This document shows, piece after piece, positions 31,088-40,834 of a DNA stretch of 64,000 nucleotides. This stretch comes from an uncultured Chloroflexia bacterium (GTDB taxonomy: Bacteria > Chloroflexota > Limnocylindria > Limnocylindrales > CSP1-4), in assembly GCA_963833225.1 (NCBI GenBank), contig CAWHXD010000008.1, positions 1-64,000 on the forward strand. Direction: 5' to 3'. Within the stretch, counting starts at the first letter, position 1; each line of letters starts with the position of its first letter. A program made the position numbers and the translations under genes. The notes below the pieces were generated by a model. The model ran no database searches. It saw only the letters and a list, made by a program, of their open reading frames with translations, and had not been told where the DNA came from.

Positions 31088-31958
31088 ATGGCATCCACGC
31101 GGATCTCCATCGGGGACGTCGAAGTCATCGGGCTCTCCGACGGAGAGGATCTGATCGCTTCACCGGCGAGGTACTTCCCGACCGTCCCGGATGCCGCCTG
31201 GGAACCGTACCGCCGGCTCTACCCGGACCTGTTCCTGACCCCGACGGCATTCAGCTGGAGCTTCTTCTGCTACGTGCTGCGGGCGCGCGGCCTGACCCTG
31301 CTCGTGGATGCAGGCATCGGGCCCGCCGATACACCGGAATCTGCTCCTCCACAACACGAGCGGGCGGCTGCTTGCGGAGTTGGCGGCGGCCGGTGTGCGA
31401 CCCAGGGATGTCGACTTCGTCCTCCTGACGCACCTCCACGGCGACCACGTCGGGTGGTGCGTCTCTGATCGCGATGGCGAGCGTGGGCCGACCTTCGGCC
31501 GCGCGCGCTACCTCGCGCACGAGGCGGATTGGAAGGCGTTCTCGGCTCCTGAGGATCCATCCATTGCCGCCTACGCATACGTCGGCGACATGCTCAGACC
31601 CCTCGAGACCGCGGGCCAGCTGGAACTGGTCTCAGGGATGGGTCGGACAGTCACCCCTGACGTGGACCTGGTCCATTGCCCTGGCCATACACCCGGGAGC
31701 ATGGCAGTCACGGTTTCGTCGGCCGGGGGAGCCGGGCTGTTCTGGGGGGACGCGATGGCTCACCCGGCGCAGCTCAACGAGCCCGGGTGGGACTACGTCT
31801 TCGATGTCGACAAGGCGCAGGCTCGGCAGAGTCGAAGACAGCTGGTCGAGCGGCTCGACAGGCCAGGAGTGGTCATGGGCGCGGGGCATTTCGGCCTGGG
31901 CCAGCTCGTCCTCGACAACGGAGCCCCGAGGTGGGTCGCGGTGCCGGCCTCTCCGTAG
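31088..31958 (+). CDS. MBL-fold metallo-hydrolase, frameshifted near 31345
   Basis: LLVDAGIG, then THLHGDHVGW, PGHTPGS, GDAMAHP, GHF. Confidence 0.85.
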
Positions 31959-32041
31959 GCGCCCGGTGGCCCTGCCGCGCCCGGCCACCTCATGCATTAC
32001 ACTCACTCACCGCGACCCAGCGATGGGCCGCGCACGCACAG

Positions 32042-32118
32042 GGGCGATTAGCTCAGCTGGTTAGAGCGCATGCTTGACATGCATGAGGTCACTGGTTCGA
32101 GTCCAGTATCGCCCACCA
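32042..32118 (+). tRNA. tRNA-Val(GAC)
   Basis: GGGCGAT/ATCGCCC acceptor stem; D-arm AGCTCAGCTGGTTAGAGC; anticodon arm CATGC-TTGACAT-GCATG; GGTTCGAGTCC T-arm; encoded CCA. Confidence 0.97.
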
Positions 32119-32121
32119 CAT

Positions 32122-32360
32122 CGCGTCGACCGGGACACGCCCCGTCCACAGCCCGCCAGAGCGTTGCGATCATCGGCTGAGAGTCGCAACCGGGCACCGG
32201 GGATGAGGGCACCACCCGTGAGCGGCCGGCGAACCGGCCCGGGATCCGCCCGTTAGCGCGGCACGAGAGCGCGACGCCGGGCCGTCCGGCGGCGCGAAGG
32301 CGGGTGGAACCGCGAGAGGTCTGAACCTCTCGTCCTGTCGGGACGAGAGGTTCTGTGATT
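32122..32360 (+). promoter_or_regulatory. T-box riboswitch (Thr) upstream of thrS
   Basis: Stem I with AGAG/GCTGAGA motifs; ACC specifier at 32211-13; CCGTTA box; AAGGCGGGTGGAACCGCG T-box; hairpin AACCTCTCGTCC/GGACGAGAGGTT. Confidence 0.9.
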
Positions 32361-32377
32361 CCAAGGGAGCGGATGTG

Positions 32378-34240
32378 ATGGCAGAGGACAAGGCAGCCGC
32401 CGCCGGTGGCGCGGCAGTGGTGGGTGAGGAGGAGCTCGACTTCGACGCCCCGGACCGGGGCTCGGCGGACGAGCTGCTCGACGCGGGGGCTCACGCGCCC
32501 ATCGACGCCATGCGCCACTCGACGGCACACGTCATGGCCGAAGCGGTGCTCGACCTGTTCCCGGGCGCTCGCCTGGGGATCGGGCCGGCGATCGACAACG
32601 GCTTCTACTACGACTTCGAGCTGCCCCGGGCGCTGACGCCCGACGACCTGTCCGCGATCGAGGGCCGGATGCGGCAGTCCATCGCCGCGGACCACGCCTT
32701 CGTGCGCAAGGAGGTCCCGTTCGGGGACGGCCGGGCGCTCGAGGAGTCGCAGGGCCAGCCGTTCAAGGTGGAGATCCTCGACGACCTCGCGCGCAAGGCA
32801 TCCGAGGCCGGCACCGAGATGCCGCCGACGACCTTCTACGAGCACGGTCCGTTTATCGACCTGTGCAAAGGCCCGCACGTGGCCTCCACGGGCCAGATCG
32901 GCCCGTTCAAGCTGCTCACGGTTGCCGGCGCGTACTGGCGTGGGGACGAGAAGCGCCCGATGCTCCAGCGCATCTACGGGACGGTCTGGGAGACCCAGGA
33001 CGAGCTGGACCTCTACCTCGCCCGGCGGGAGGAGGCGAAGAAGCGCGACCACCGCAAGCTGGGCGTGCAGCTGGACCTGTTCAGCTTCCACGACGTGTCG
33101 CCGGGCTCGGCGTTCTGGCACCCGAAGGGCCAGCGCATCTGGCGCACGCTCGAGGCCGCCATGCTCGAGCTCCAGGAGCGTCGCGGCTACCAGGAGGTCT
33201 CGACGCCGATCCTCGTGTCGGAGCGGCTGTGGCGCCAGTCGGGTCACTGGGACCACTACGCCGACAACATGTTCATCGTCGACTCCGAGGGGCAGAAGTT
33301 CAGCCTCAAGCCGATGAACTGCCCCGAGTCCACGTTCATCTACCGCTCCCACCTGCGCTCGTACCGCGACCTGCCGCTGCGCTTCAATGAGTACGGTCGG
33401 CTCCACCGCAACGAGCGCTCCGGGGCGCTGTCGGGTCTCACGAGGGTCCGGCAGTTCATCCAGGACGACGCGCATGTGTACGTCCGCCCTGACCAGCTCA
33501 CCGCGGAGATCGAGGCGCTCATCGGCGAGGTCAACGAGGCGTTCGGGTGGTTCGGGCTGGAACCGCGGTTCGCGTTTGCCACTCGCCCCGACAAGGCGAT
33601 CGGCGACCCTGCCCTGTGGGAGCTCGCCGAGCGCCTGATCAAGGAGGCCCTGGACCGGGTCGGCGGCGACTACGTCATCAAGCCCAAGGACGGCACGTTC
33701 TACGCGCCCAAGATCGACATCTACATTGATGACGCCCTGGGCCGTGAGTGGCAGATGGCGACGATCCAGATCGACCTCACGATGCTGCCCGAGCGCTTCG
33801 ACCTGACCTACATCGACGAGGACGGCCAGCCGAAGCGCCCGATGGCGATCCACCGGGCGATCTACGGCTCCTTGGAGCGGTTCATCGGGATCCTGGTGGA
33901 GCACTTCGCGGGCGCGTTCCCGCTGTGGGTCGCGCCCGTCCAGGCGGTGATCATCCCGATCGCCGATCGCCACGTGGGGCCCGCGGGGGAGCTGGCGGCG
34001 GAGCTGCGGGCGGCCGGCATCCGGTTCGTCGAGGTCGACGACTCCGACAACCGGATGCAGAACAAGATCCGCCTCGCGCAGGGCCAGAAGGTCCCGTACA
34101 TGCTGATTCTGGGCGACCGCGAGGTCGAGGCGCGCACTGCATCCGTGCGCCGTCGCGACGGATCCCAGGAGCAGGGCGTCGGATGGGCGGACCTGGCCGC
34201 CCGGCTGGGCGAGGAGGTCCGCACCCGGGCCCTGGGGTAG
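32378..34240 (+). CDS. thrS: threonine--tRNA ligase
   Basis: RHSTAHV, DLCKGPH, RDHRKLG, KPMNCP, FYAPKID, HRAIYGSLERF. Confidence 0.97.
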   Translation: MAEDKAAAAGGAAVVGEEELDFDAPDRGSADELLDAGAHAPIDAMRHSTAHVMAEAVLDLFPGARLGIGPAIDNGFYYDFELPRALTPDDLSAIEGRMRQSIAADHAFVRKEVPFGDGRALEESQGQPFKVEILDDLARKASEAGTEMPPTTFYEHGPFIDLCKGPHVASTGQIGPFKLLTVAGAYWRGDEKRPMLQRIYGTVWETQDELDLYLARREEAKKRDHRKLGVQLDLFSFHDVSPGSAFWHPKGQRIWRTLEAAMLELQERRGYQEVSTPILVSERLWRQSGHWDHYADNMFIVDSEGQKFSLKPMNCPESTFIYRSHLRSYRDLPLRFNEYGRLHRNERSGALSGLTRVRQFIQDDAHVYVRPDQLTAEIEALIGEVNEAFGWFGLEPRFAFATRPDKAIGDPALWELAERLIKEALDRVGGDYVIKPKDGTFYAPKIDIYIDDALGREWQMATIQIDLTMLPERFDLTYIDEDGQPKRPMAIHRAIYGSLERFIGILVEHFAGAFPLWVAPVQAVIIPIADRHVGPAGELAAELRAAGIRFVEVDDSDNRMQNKIRLAQGQKVPYMLILGDREVEARTASVRRRDGSQEQGVGWADLAARLGEEVRTRALG

Positions 34241-34271
34241 GGGAGTCGGCGGCCGGTATCCGCCATCCGCC

Positions 34272-34410
34272 TTCACGGGGAGTGAACACTTCGCGGTCGA
34301 ACGGCCGTCGATGGCTTCCGCCAGTGCGTTCCGTTGACCGATGGTGATCGGCGCCGCGCGAGGCACCGGTGGATCATCCGGTGGTGGCCAAAGCGTTCAC
34401 TCGGAGTGAA
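34272..34410. repeat. 139-bp element bounded by imperfect 22-bp inverted repeats (REP/MITE-like)
   Basis: Left TTCACGGGGAGTGAACACTTCG versus reverse complement of right TTCACTCCGAGTGAACGCTTTG; each end is itself a TTCAC-N5-GTGAA palindrome. Confidence 0.55.
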
Positions 34411-34590
34411 CGGCGAGGGGTTGCCGTGCGCGCCAGGGACGCTGGTCGCCGCGCTCGCATCGGGCCCAGCCGGACGCCTCGCGTTCGTTGCGAGCCATCG
34501 AACCTGCGTGCTATCCTCCCGCGGCGACCGCACCGGGCGTTTGGCTTTGTGCGCCGCACGATCAGCCACGACAACAAAGGGAACCACGAC

Positions 34591-35229
34591 ATCAGCCGAG
34601 ACCTGCGCATCAACCAGATGATCCGTGTCCCACAGGTCCGGGTCCTCGACGAAGATGGCTCACAGCTGGGCGTGATGCCCACGCAACAGGCCCTGGCGAT
34701 GGCGCAGGAGCGAGGCTTCGATCTCGTCGAGGTCGCTCCGACCGCGGCCCCCCCGGTCGTCAAGTTTCTCGACTACGGTCAGTACAAGTACGAACTGACC
34801 AAGCGGGACAAGGAGGCGAAGCGGAAGCAGCGGGCGGTGGAGTTCAAGGAAGTCCGCCTGTCACCGAAGATCGGCATCGGCGACTTTGAAACGAAGGTCC
34901 ACCGCGCGATCGAGTTCCTCGAGGACGGAGACAGGATCAAGGTGACCGTCCGCTTCCGCGGTCGGGAGCTGACGCACCCGGAGATCGGCCGGGGCCTCCT
35001 CGCGAAGTTCGGGGAGGCCGTCAAGGACCACGGGACCGTGGACCGGATGCCGGCCCTCGAAGGCAAATCGATGTTCATGACGCTCGCGTCGGTCCACAAG
35101 CCGAAGCAGCACGAGCACCGCAACCCGGCGGGGAGGGACGACGACGTCAATGTCGCCGAAGCCACCCCCGCCCCCGCCCCGACGCCCTCCGCCGAGCCGG
35201 CGGTCGAGGCGGCGCCAGCAGGAGAGTGA
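34591..35229 (+). CDS. infC: translation initiation factor IF-3, ATC start codon
   Basis: (I)SRDLRINQMIRVPQVR, DLVEVAP.A.PPV.K.LDYG, FRGRE..HPE.G. AAAGGGA SD precedes ATC at 34591. Confidence 0.95.
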   Translation: MSRDLRINQMIRVPQVRVLDEDGSQLGVMPTQQALAMAQERGFDLVEVAPTAAPPVVKFLDYGQYKYELTKRDKEAKRKQRAVEFKEVRLSPKIGIGDFETKVHRAIEFLEDGDRIKVTVRFRGRELTHPEIGRGLLAKFGEAVKDHGTVDRMPALEGKSMFMTLASVHKPKQHEHRNPAGRDDDVNVAEATPAPAPTPSAEPAVEAAPAGE

Positions 35230-35236
35230 GGCCAGC

Positions 35237-35434
35237 GTGCCGAAGATGAAGACCCACAAGGGGGCCCAGAAGCGAATCGGGGTCACCGGGTCCGGCAAGT
35301 TCATCCGGGTGAAGTCCTGGCGCGGACACCACCTCGAGCTGAAGTCGTCGCGCCGTACCCGTCGGTACGCCGGCAAGGTGGTCATGGGACCCGAGTCCCA
35401 GGAGCAGGTGCGCCGCCTGCTGCCGTACGCGTAG
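35237..35434 (+). CDS. rpmI: 50S ribosomal protein L35
   Basis: MPKMKTHKGAQKR...TGSGK...RRLLPY. Confidence 0.96.
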   Translation: MPKMKTHKGAQKRIGVTGSGKFIRVKSWRGHHLELKSSRRTRRYAGKVVMGPESQEQVRRLLPYA

Positions 35435-35443
35435 GAGCGCTCG

Positions 35444-35794
35444 ATGGCACGCGTCAAGCGGGGCGTCACCGCCCACAAGCGCCACAAGCGGCTGCTCAAC
35501 GCCTCCGAGGGGCGCAAGGGCACCAACCGCAAGCTCATCAAGCGGGCCCGTGAGTCCCAGCTCCACGCGCTGGCCTACGCGACCCGGGATCGGAAGCAGC
35601 GGAAGCGCGACATGCGCCAGCTGTGGATCATCCGGATCAACGCGGCGGCTCGCCTGAACGGGATCAGCTACAGCAAGCTCGTCGCGGGTCTTCGGAAGGC
35701 CAACGTCGATCTCGATCGCAAGGTCCTGGCCGACATCGCCGTCCGCGACGCCGCGACCTTCGGCCGGATCGCCGAGGTCGCTCGCACGGCTTGA
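35444..35794 (+). CDS. rplT: 50S ribosomal protein L20
   Basis: MARVKRGV...RDRKQRKRDMRQLWIIRINAAAR...LDRKVLADIAV. Confidence 0.97.
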   Translation: MARVKRGVTAHKRHKRLLNASEGRKGTNRKLIKRARESQLHALAYATRDRKQRKRDMRQLWIIRINAAARLNGISYSKLVAGLRKANVDLDRKVLADIAVRDAATFGRIAEVARTA

Positions 35795-35816
35795 TCGCCC
35801 ACGATCACGCAGCCCC

Positions 35817-35850
35817 GAGCCCTCGACGTCGCCACGGCGCTCGAGGGTTC
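35817..35850 (+). terminator. hairpin after rplT
   Basis: GAGCCCTCGA...TCGAGGGTTC stem with a weak T tail. Confidence 0.5.
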
Positions 35851-35879
35851 GTGATTCTCAGGATCTTGAACGGGAGCCC

Positions 35880-36920
35880 ATGGATCTCGCCCAGCTGACA
35901 TCGGACCTCCAGGCGCTGCGTGCGCGCGCCGTGAGCGCCTCGGCGGCGGCGCCGGACACGGCCGCCATCGACGACCTGGAGGTTGGCGTCCTCGGCAAGA
36001 AGGGGGACCTGACCGCCATCCTGCGCGGCATCGGCGGGCTGCCGCCCGAGGATCGCCCGAGGGTCGGCGCGATCGCCAACGAGGTGCGCGCGGCCGTGGA
36101 AGCCGCGTTGCTCGAGGCGAGGGGGCGTCTCGGCTCCTCGGAGCTCGCTGCCAGGCTCGCGGCGGAGACGGTGGACGTGACTGCGCCCGGCCGGCCGATC
36201 CGGCGCGGCTCGCTGCACCCGATCCTCGAGACCGCCCGCGAGATCGCCGAGGTCTTCGCCCAGTTCGGGTTCGTGGTCTACGAGGGCCCCGAGATCGAGG
36301 ACGACCTCACCAACTTCCAGATGCTCAACATCCCGCCCGACCACCCGGCGCGGGACCTGTGGGACACGCTCTACCTCGACCTCGAGGGTCAGCTGCTCCG
36401 CACGCACACGAGCCCCGGCCAGATCCGTGTCATGCACCAGGAGCGGCCGCCGATCCGGGCGTTGCTGCCCGGGCGCTGCTTCCGGTACGAGGCGGTCGAT
36501 GCCAGCCACGCCTCGGAGTTCTTCCAGGTCGAAGGCCTGATGATCGACGAGGGCACGTCGATGGCGGATCTCAAGGGGCTGCTGGACCAGTTCGCCCACG
36601 CCATGTTCGGGGAGGACCGGGCAACCCGGTTCCGGCCGGGCTACTACCCGTTCACGGAGCCGTCGGTGGCGTTCGACATCCTGTGCGTGATCTGCAACGG
36701 CGAGAAGTGCCCCGCCTGCTCGCGGACCGGCTGGATGACGATCCTCGGCGCCGGGATGGTCCACCCGGTGGTGCTCCGCTACGGCGGCATCGACCCGGAG
36801 CGCTACCAGGGGTTTGCCTTCGGGATGGGCGTCGAGCGGATCGCGAACCTCCGCCACCACGTCGTGGACCTCCGCGCGTACATGGAGGATGACCTTCGCT
36901 TCCTGGGAGCGTTCCGGTGA
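35880..36920 (+). CDS. pheS: phenylalanine--tRNA ligase alpha subunit
   Basis: HPARD, LLRTHTSP.Q, F.QVEGL, YPFTEPS, GFAFGMGVER. Confidence 0.97.
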   Translation: MDLAQLTSDLQALRARAVSASAAAPDTAAIDDLEVGVLGKKGDLTAILRGIGGLPPEDRPRVGAIANEVRAAVEAALLEARGRLGSSELAARLAAETVDVTAPGRPIRRGSLHPILETAREIAEVFAQFGFVVYEGPEIEDDLTNFQMLNIPPDHPARDLWDTLYLDLEGQLLRTHTSPGQIRVMHQERPPIRALLPGRCFRYEAVDASHASEFFQVEGLMIDEGTSMADLKGLLDQFAHAMFGEDRATRFRPGYYPFTEPSVAFDILCVICNGEKCPACSRTGWMTILGAGMVHPVVLRYGGIDPERYQGFAFGMGVERIANLRHHVVDLRAYMEDDLRFLGAFR

Positions 36921-39421
36921 GGGTGCCGCTGTCCTGGCTCCGGGACTTCGTCGACTTGGAGCTCACCCCGGAGCAGCTCGCCGAGCGCCTGACGCTGCTG
37001 GGCATGGAGGTCAAGCACGTCGAGCGCTGGGGCGCCGACTGGCAGGGCGTCGTCACGGGCGAGCTCCTGACGGTCGAGAAGCACCCGCGCGCGGACCGCC
37101 TCAGCCTGACCACGGTGACTCTTGGGGATGGCTCCGAGCCGCTCTCGATCGTGTGCGGCGCCACCAACATCGCGCCCGGTCAGCGGATCCCGGTCGCGCT
37201 CCCGGGTTCCGTCCTGCCCGGCGACCGGCGCATCGAGCGCACCGAGAAGATGGGCGTCGTGTCCAACGGCATGCTCTGCTCGGGCGACGAGCTCAAGCTC
37301 ACCGGTGATGCGGACGGGATCCTCATCCTGCCCGCCGCCACCCCCCTGGGCATCCCGCTGGCGGACCTGTTCGGCGACGTCGTCCTCGACGTGGACGTCA
37401 AGCCCAACCGCGGTGACGTCCTGTCGATCCTGGGCCTCGCCCGAGAGGTCTCGGCGGTGACGGGCGCCCCCGTCCGGATCCCCGAGATCACGGTCGAGGA
37501 GGGGACGGGTCCGTCCATCGACCAGCGCCTGGCCGTCCGGATCGACGCCCCAGACCTGTGCACCGGGTTCGGGGGTCGCTGGGTGAGCGGCGTGACCATC
37601 GGCCCGTCGCCGGACGCCATCCAGATGCGGCTCCTTGCCGCCGGCCAGCGTCCGATCAGCAACGTGGTGGATGCGTCCAACTACGTCATGCTGGAGCTGG
37701 GCAAGCCGATCCACACGTTTGACGCCGCGGCGATCCATGCCGGCGCCGACGGCCGCCCGACGATCGTCGTGCGCCGGGCCACGGCCGGCGAGCGCATCGA
37801 GACCCTCGACCACGTCCAGCGCGAGCTGACCGATGACACGCTGCTGATCGCGGATCCCGCCGGTCCGCTCGCCGTCGCGGGCGTCATGGGCGGTGCCACC
37901 TCCGAGGTGTCGGCCGCCACCCGTGAGGTCGCCATCGAGTCGGCCATCTTCGACCCGGTGAGCATCCGGCGCACCGCCCAGCGACTCGGGCTGCGGTCCG
38001 AGGCGTCCAACCGGTTCGAGAAGGGCCAGGAGCCCCGTCTGGCGCGCATGGGCGCGGACCGCACGGCGCAGCTGATCCGGTCGTGGGCTGGCGGCGAGAT
38101 CGCGCGCGGTGCCATCGACACGGCGCCCGCGCCAGTCCCGCTGGGTCGCGTCGCATTCCGCCCGGCACGAGTCAACCGACTGCTGGGCACCGACCTGAGC
38201 GCCGCGGAGCAGCAGGCGCTGCTGGCGCGCGTCGGGGTGGCCACCGAGCCGGCAGCGGCCGGCACGCCCGTGCCTGTCGCGCTGGAGCCGCAGGCCCTGA
38301 CCGTCGCCGCCAGCGCCGACGAGGCGGTGACCGCGGTGGTGCCGACCTGGCGCCGGGATATCGCCATCGAGGCGGACGTGGCCGAGGAGATCGCCCGCGT
38401 TCGCGGGTACGAGCTCACCCCGTCGGTGAGACCGGACACGGAGATGCCACACTTCCGCGCCTCACCGCTCGAAGCGAGGGAGCTGATCCGCGAGACGCTC
38501 GCCGGGGCAGGCCTCACGGAGGTCGTCACCACGGCCCTCGTGTCGCCCAGGCACGTGGAGACGTTCGTGCTGGCGCGCGACGTGCCCTCGGTGGGCGACG
38601 AGCCTCAGCCGGGCGGCGACCCCATCGAGGTGACCAACCCCCTCTCACGCGACCACTCGCTGCTGCGGCGGAACCTGCTGGGCAGCCTGCTCGACGTCGT
38701 GGGCGTCAACCTGCGCCACGGGACGGACGACGTCGCGGTGTTCGAGATCGGCAAGGGCTACGCGCGGACCGGCACCGTGCCCCGCGAATGGTGGCGTCTC
38801 GGGTTCGCGCTGGTGGGGGCCGCCGAGCCGGCGGCCTGGAACCGTCACGAGCGCCCGTATGACCTCGACGATGCGAAGGGGATCCTGGAGCTCCTGGCCC
38901 GGCGCCTCGGCCTGCCCCGACCCGTGTACGAGGCGGAGACGGCCGAGCCGCTGTTCCACCCCGGCCGGACGGCGCGGATGACCGTGGGCGACCGCCTGCA
39001 TGCGCTCGTCGGCGAGGTCCATCCGGGCACGGTTGACGCGTGGGAGCTGCGAACGTCCCGGCGGGTCATCCTCGCCGAGGTCGCCCTTGACGGGCTGGCG
39101 ACGGGTCGTCTGACGCCGGAGCTGGCGACGGTGGCGCCGCGGTTCCCGGTGGTGGATCGCGACCTGGCGATCGTGGTGCCCGAGGAGACCGCCGTCCGCC
39201 TGGTGGAGGACGTCGTTCGCGACCATGGCGGCGCGCTGCTCCAGGGCGTCACCCTGTTCGACATCTATCGCGGGGTGCCGCTCGCTGAGACGGAGAAGAG
39301 CCTGGCGTTCCGGCTCCGCCTCGGATCCGCCGATCGGACCCTGACCGAGGCGGAGGTCGAGGCCGCCGTGGCCCGCGTCGTCGCCGCGCTGCCGGCGATC
39401 GGGGCCCGGCTCCGGGCGTGA
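36917..39421 (+). CDS. pheT: phenylalanine--tRNA ligase beta subunit
   Basis: HPRADRL, IVCGA.N, PNRGD, EEIARVRGY, FDIYRG...KSLAFR. Confidence 0.97.
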   Translation: MRVPLSWLRDFVDLELTPEQLAERLTLLGMEVKHVERWGADWQGVVTGELLTVEKHPRADRLSLTTVTLGDGSEPLSIVCGATNIAPGQRIPVALPGSVLPGDRRIERTEKMGVVSNGMLCSGDELKLTGDADGILILPAATPLGIPLADLFGDVVLDVDVKPNRGDVLSILGLAREVSAVTGAPVRIPEITVEEGTGPSIDQRLAVRIDAPDLCTGFGGRWVSGVTIGPSPDAIQMRLLAAGQRPISNVVDASNYVMLELGKPIHTFDAAAIHAGADGRPTIVVRRATAGERIETLDHVQRELTDDTLLIADPAGPLAVAGVMGGATSEVSAATREVAIESAIFDPVSIRRTAQRLGLRSEASNRFEKGQEPRLARMGADRTAQLIRSWAGGEIARGAIDTAPAPVPLGRVAFRPARVNRLLGTDLSAAEQQALLARVGVATEPAAAGTPVPVALEPQALTVAASADEAVTAVVPTWRRDIAIEADVAEEIARVRGYELTPSVRPDTEMPHFRASPLEARELIRETLAGAGLTEVVTTALVSPRHVETFVLARDVPSVGDEPQPGGDPIEVTNPLSRDHSLLRRNLLGSLLDVVGVNLRHGTDDVAVFEIGKGYARTGTVPREWWRLGFALVGAAEPAAWNRHERPYDLDDAKGILELLARRLGLPRPVYEAETAEPLFHPGRTARMTVGDRLHALVGEVHPGTVDAWELRTSRRVILAEVALDGLATGRLTPELATVAPRFPVVDRDLAIVVPEETAVRLVEDVVRDHGGALLQGVTLFDIYRGVPLAETEKSLAFRLRLGSADRTLTEAEVEAAVARVVAALPAIGARLRA

Positions 39422-39563
39422 CGACGGCCCCGAGGCAGGAACCCCGACACCCTCCACGGCCCAGGGGGCTCGCCGCCCATTGCGGCCGGCTTGGAGGCAC
39501 TGCTACGCTTCCGAGCGGATCATGGCCGGTGGGGGTCCCGGTCGCCGTCACGAGGGATGACGC

Positions 39564-40148
39564 GTGAACATCGTCGACACCATCCAGTCGTTCAACCTGT
39601 TCGACCTGCTGACCATCCTGTTCCTGTTCGCCATGTTCGTCCTGGGCTACATCCAGGGATCCATCAGGCGACTGGTCGGCACGCTGTCGTTCATCTTCTC
39701 GTTCTTCCTGGCGGCGCTGCTCTCGGTGCCGTTCGGCGACTTCCTCAAGTCGTACTGGACCAACTACCCGGACGAGTACTCGGTGATGCTCGGGTTCCTG
39801 GTCCTGTTCGGAGCGGCCGTGGTGGCGTTCTTCCTGGTCATCCAGGGCACGTACAGCAAGACGCAGCTGTTCGCGAAGTACCCGGTGGTCGACGAGATCC
39901 TGGGCGGTGTGGTGGGCGTCGCCCAGGGCCTGCTCCTGCTGCTGTTCCTGACGATCATCCTGGACCAGTACTTCCTGTTCGCGCCGACCACGGCGAGGAT
40001 CGAGGAGGTGCCGCTCCTGCGGCCGATCTGGGAGTCGCTCAACGCCTCGGCCTTCGGCTCCGCGCTCCACCAGCAGGTTATCCCCAACTTCGTGAACCTG
40101 ATGGGGTTCCTGCTCCCTGACTACCTCCGGGTCGTCTACGCTCGGTAG
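39564..40148 (+). CDS. CvpA family membrane protein
   Basis: DLL.ILFL...GY.QG.IR; DEILGGVVG..QG; 4-5 TM; located upstream of mutS2. Confidence 0.8.
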   Translation: MNIVDTIQSFNLFDLLTILFLFAMFVLGYIQGSIRRLVGTLSFIFSFFLAALLSVPFGDFLKSYWTNYPDEYSVMLGFLVLFGAAVVAFFLVIQGTYSKTQLFAKYPVVDEILGGVVGVAQGLLLLLFLTIILDQYFLFAPTTARIEEVPLLRPIWESLNASAFGSALHQQVIPNFVNLMGFLLPDYLRVVYAR

Positions 40149-40834
40149 TGGCCGAGAGCCCGGGCGACCGCCCGCCACCGGCGCTGTCCCGGGAGCTGCT
40201 TGCCGGGGACTCGCTCACCGCTGCGCGCGCCCTGCTCGGTGCCCGCCTGGTCCGTGACCCCGATCCTCGGTCACCCCTCGAGCCTGCGCTCGGGGTTCGA
40301 CGGGTGGGCCGGATCGTCGAGGTCGAGGCGTACATCGGCGAGGAGGATCGAGCGTCGCACGCGCGCATGGGGCCGACGCCCAGGAACCGGGTGATGTACG
40401 GCCCGCCCGGGATTGCCTACGTGTACCTTGTCTACGGCATGCACCATTGCCTCAACGTCGTGACCGAACCGGCGTCAAGGCCGGCGGCGCTGCTCATCCG
40501 CGCGGCCGAGCCACTCGAGGGTGTCGACGCGATGCGGGTCGCGAGAGCGCAGTCGGCGCGCCGCCAGCCGGCCCGCAGGGTTCCGGACGCCCGGCTCGCC
40601 TCGGGCCCCGGCCTGGTCGCTGCGGCCTTCTCGATCGACCGCTCATGCACCGGCATCGACCTGTGCGACCCGACATCGCCGCTCCGCCTCGAGCCGGCGT
40701 TCCCCGAAGACCGGCGGGCGGAGGTCGTCGCCGCACCGCGCGTTGGCATTGCTCGTGCCGGAGAGCCGTGGGCCTCGGTCCCTTGGCGCCTGCTGGACGC
40801 ATCGAGCCCCTCGCTGTCCACCCGGCTCCCGTGA
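40148..40834 (+). CDS. mpg: DNA-3-methyladenine glycosylase (MPG/AAG family)
   Basis: RIVEVEAY.G..D.ASH, YVYLVYGMH.CLNVV, LIRA.EP, SGPG, PRVGI. Confidence 0.92.
   Translation: MAESPGDRPPPALSRELLAGDSLTAARALLGARLVRDPDPRSPLEPALGVRRVGRIVEVEAYIGEEDRASHARMGPTPRNRVMYGPPGIAYVYLVYGMHHCLNVVTEPASRPAALLIRAAEPLEGVDAMRVARAQSARRQPARRVPDARLASGPGLVAAAFSIDRSCTGIDLCDPTSPLRLEPAFPEDRRAEVVAAPRVGIARAGEPWASVPWRLLDASSPSLSTRLP

Noticed and set aside
32042-32118. tRNA-Val as the integration site of a genomic island
   Set aside because: No integrase and no duplicated tRNA 3' end were seen in the window.
35795-35879. T-box leader for pheS
   Set aside because: The spacer is only 85 bp with one hairpin and no GGTGG.ACC T-box sequence.
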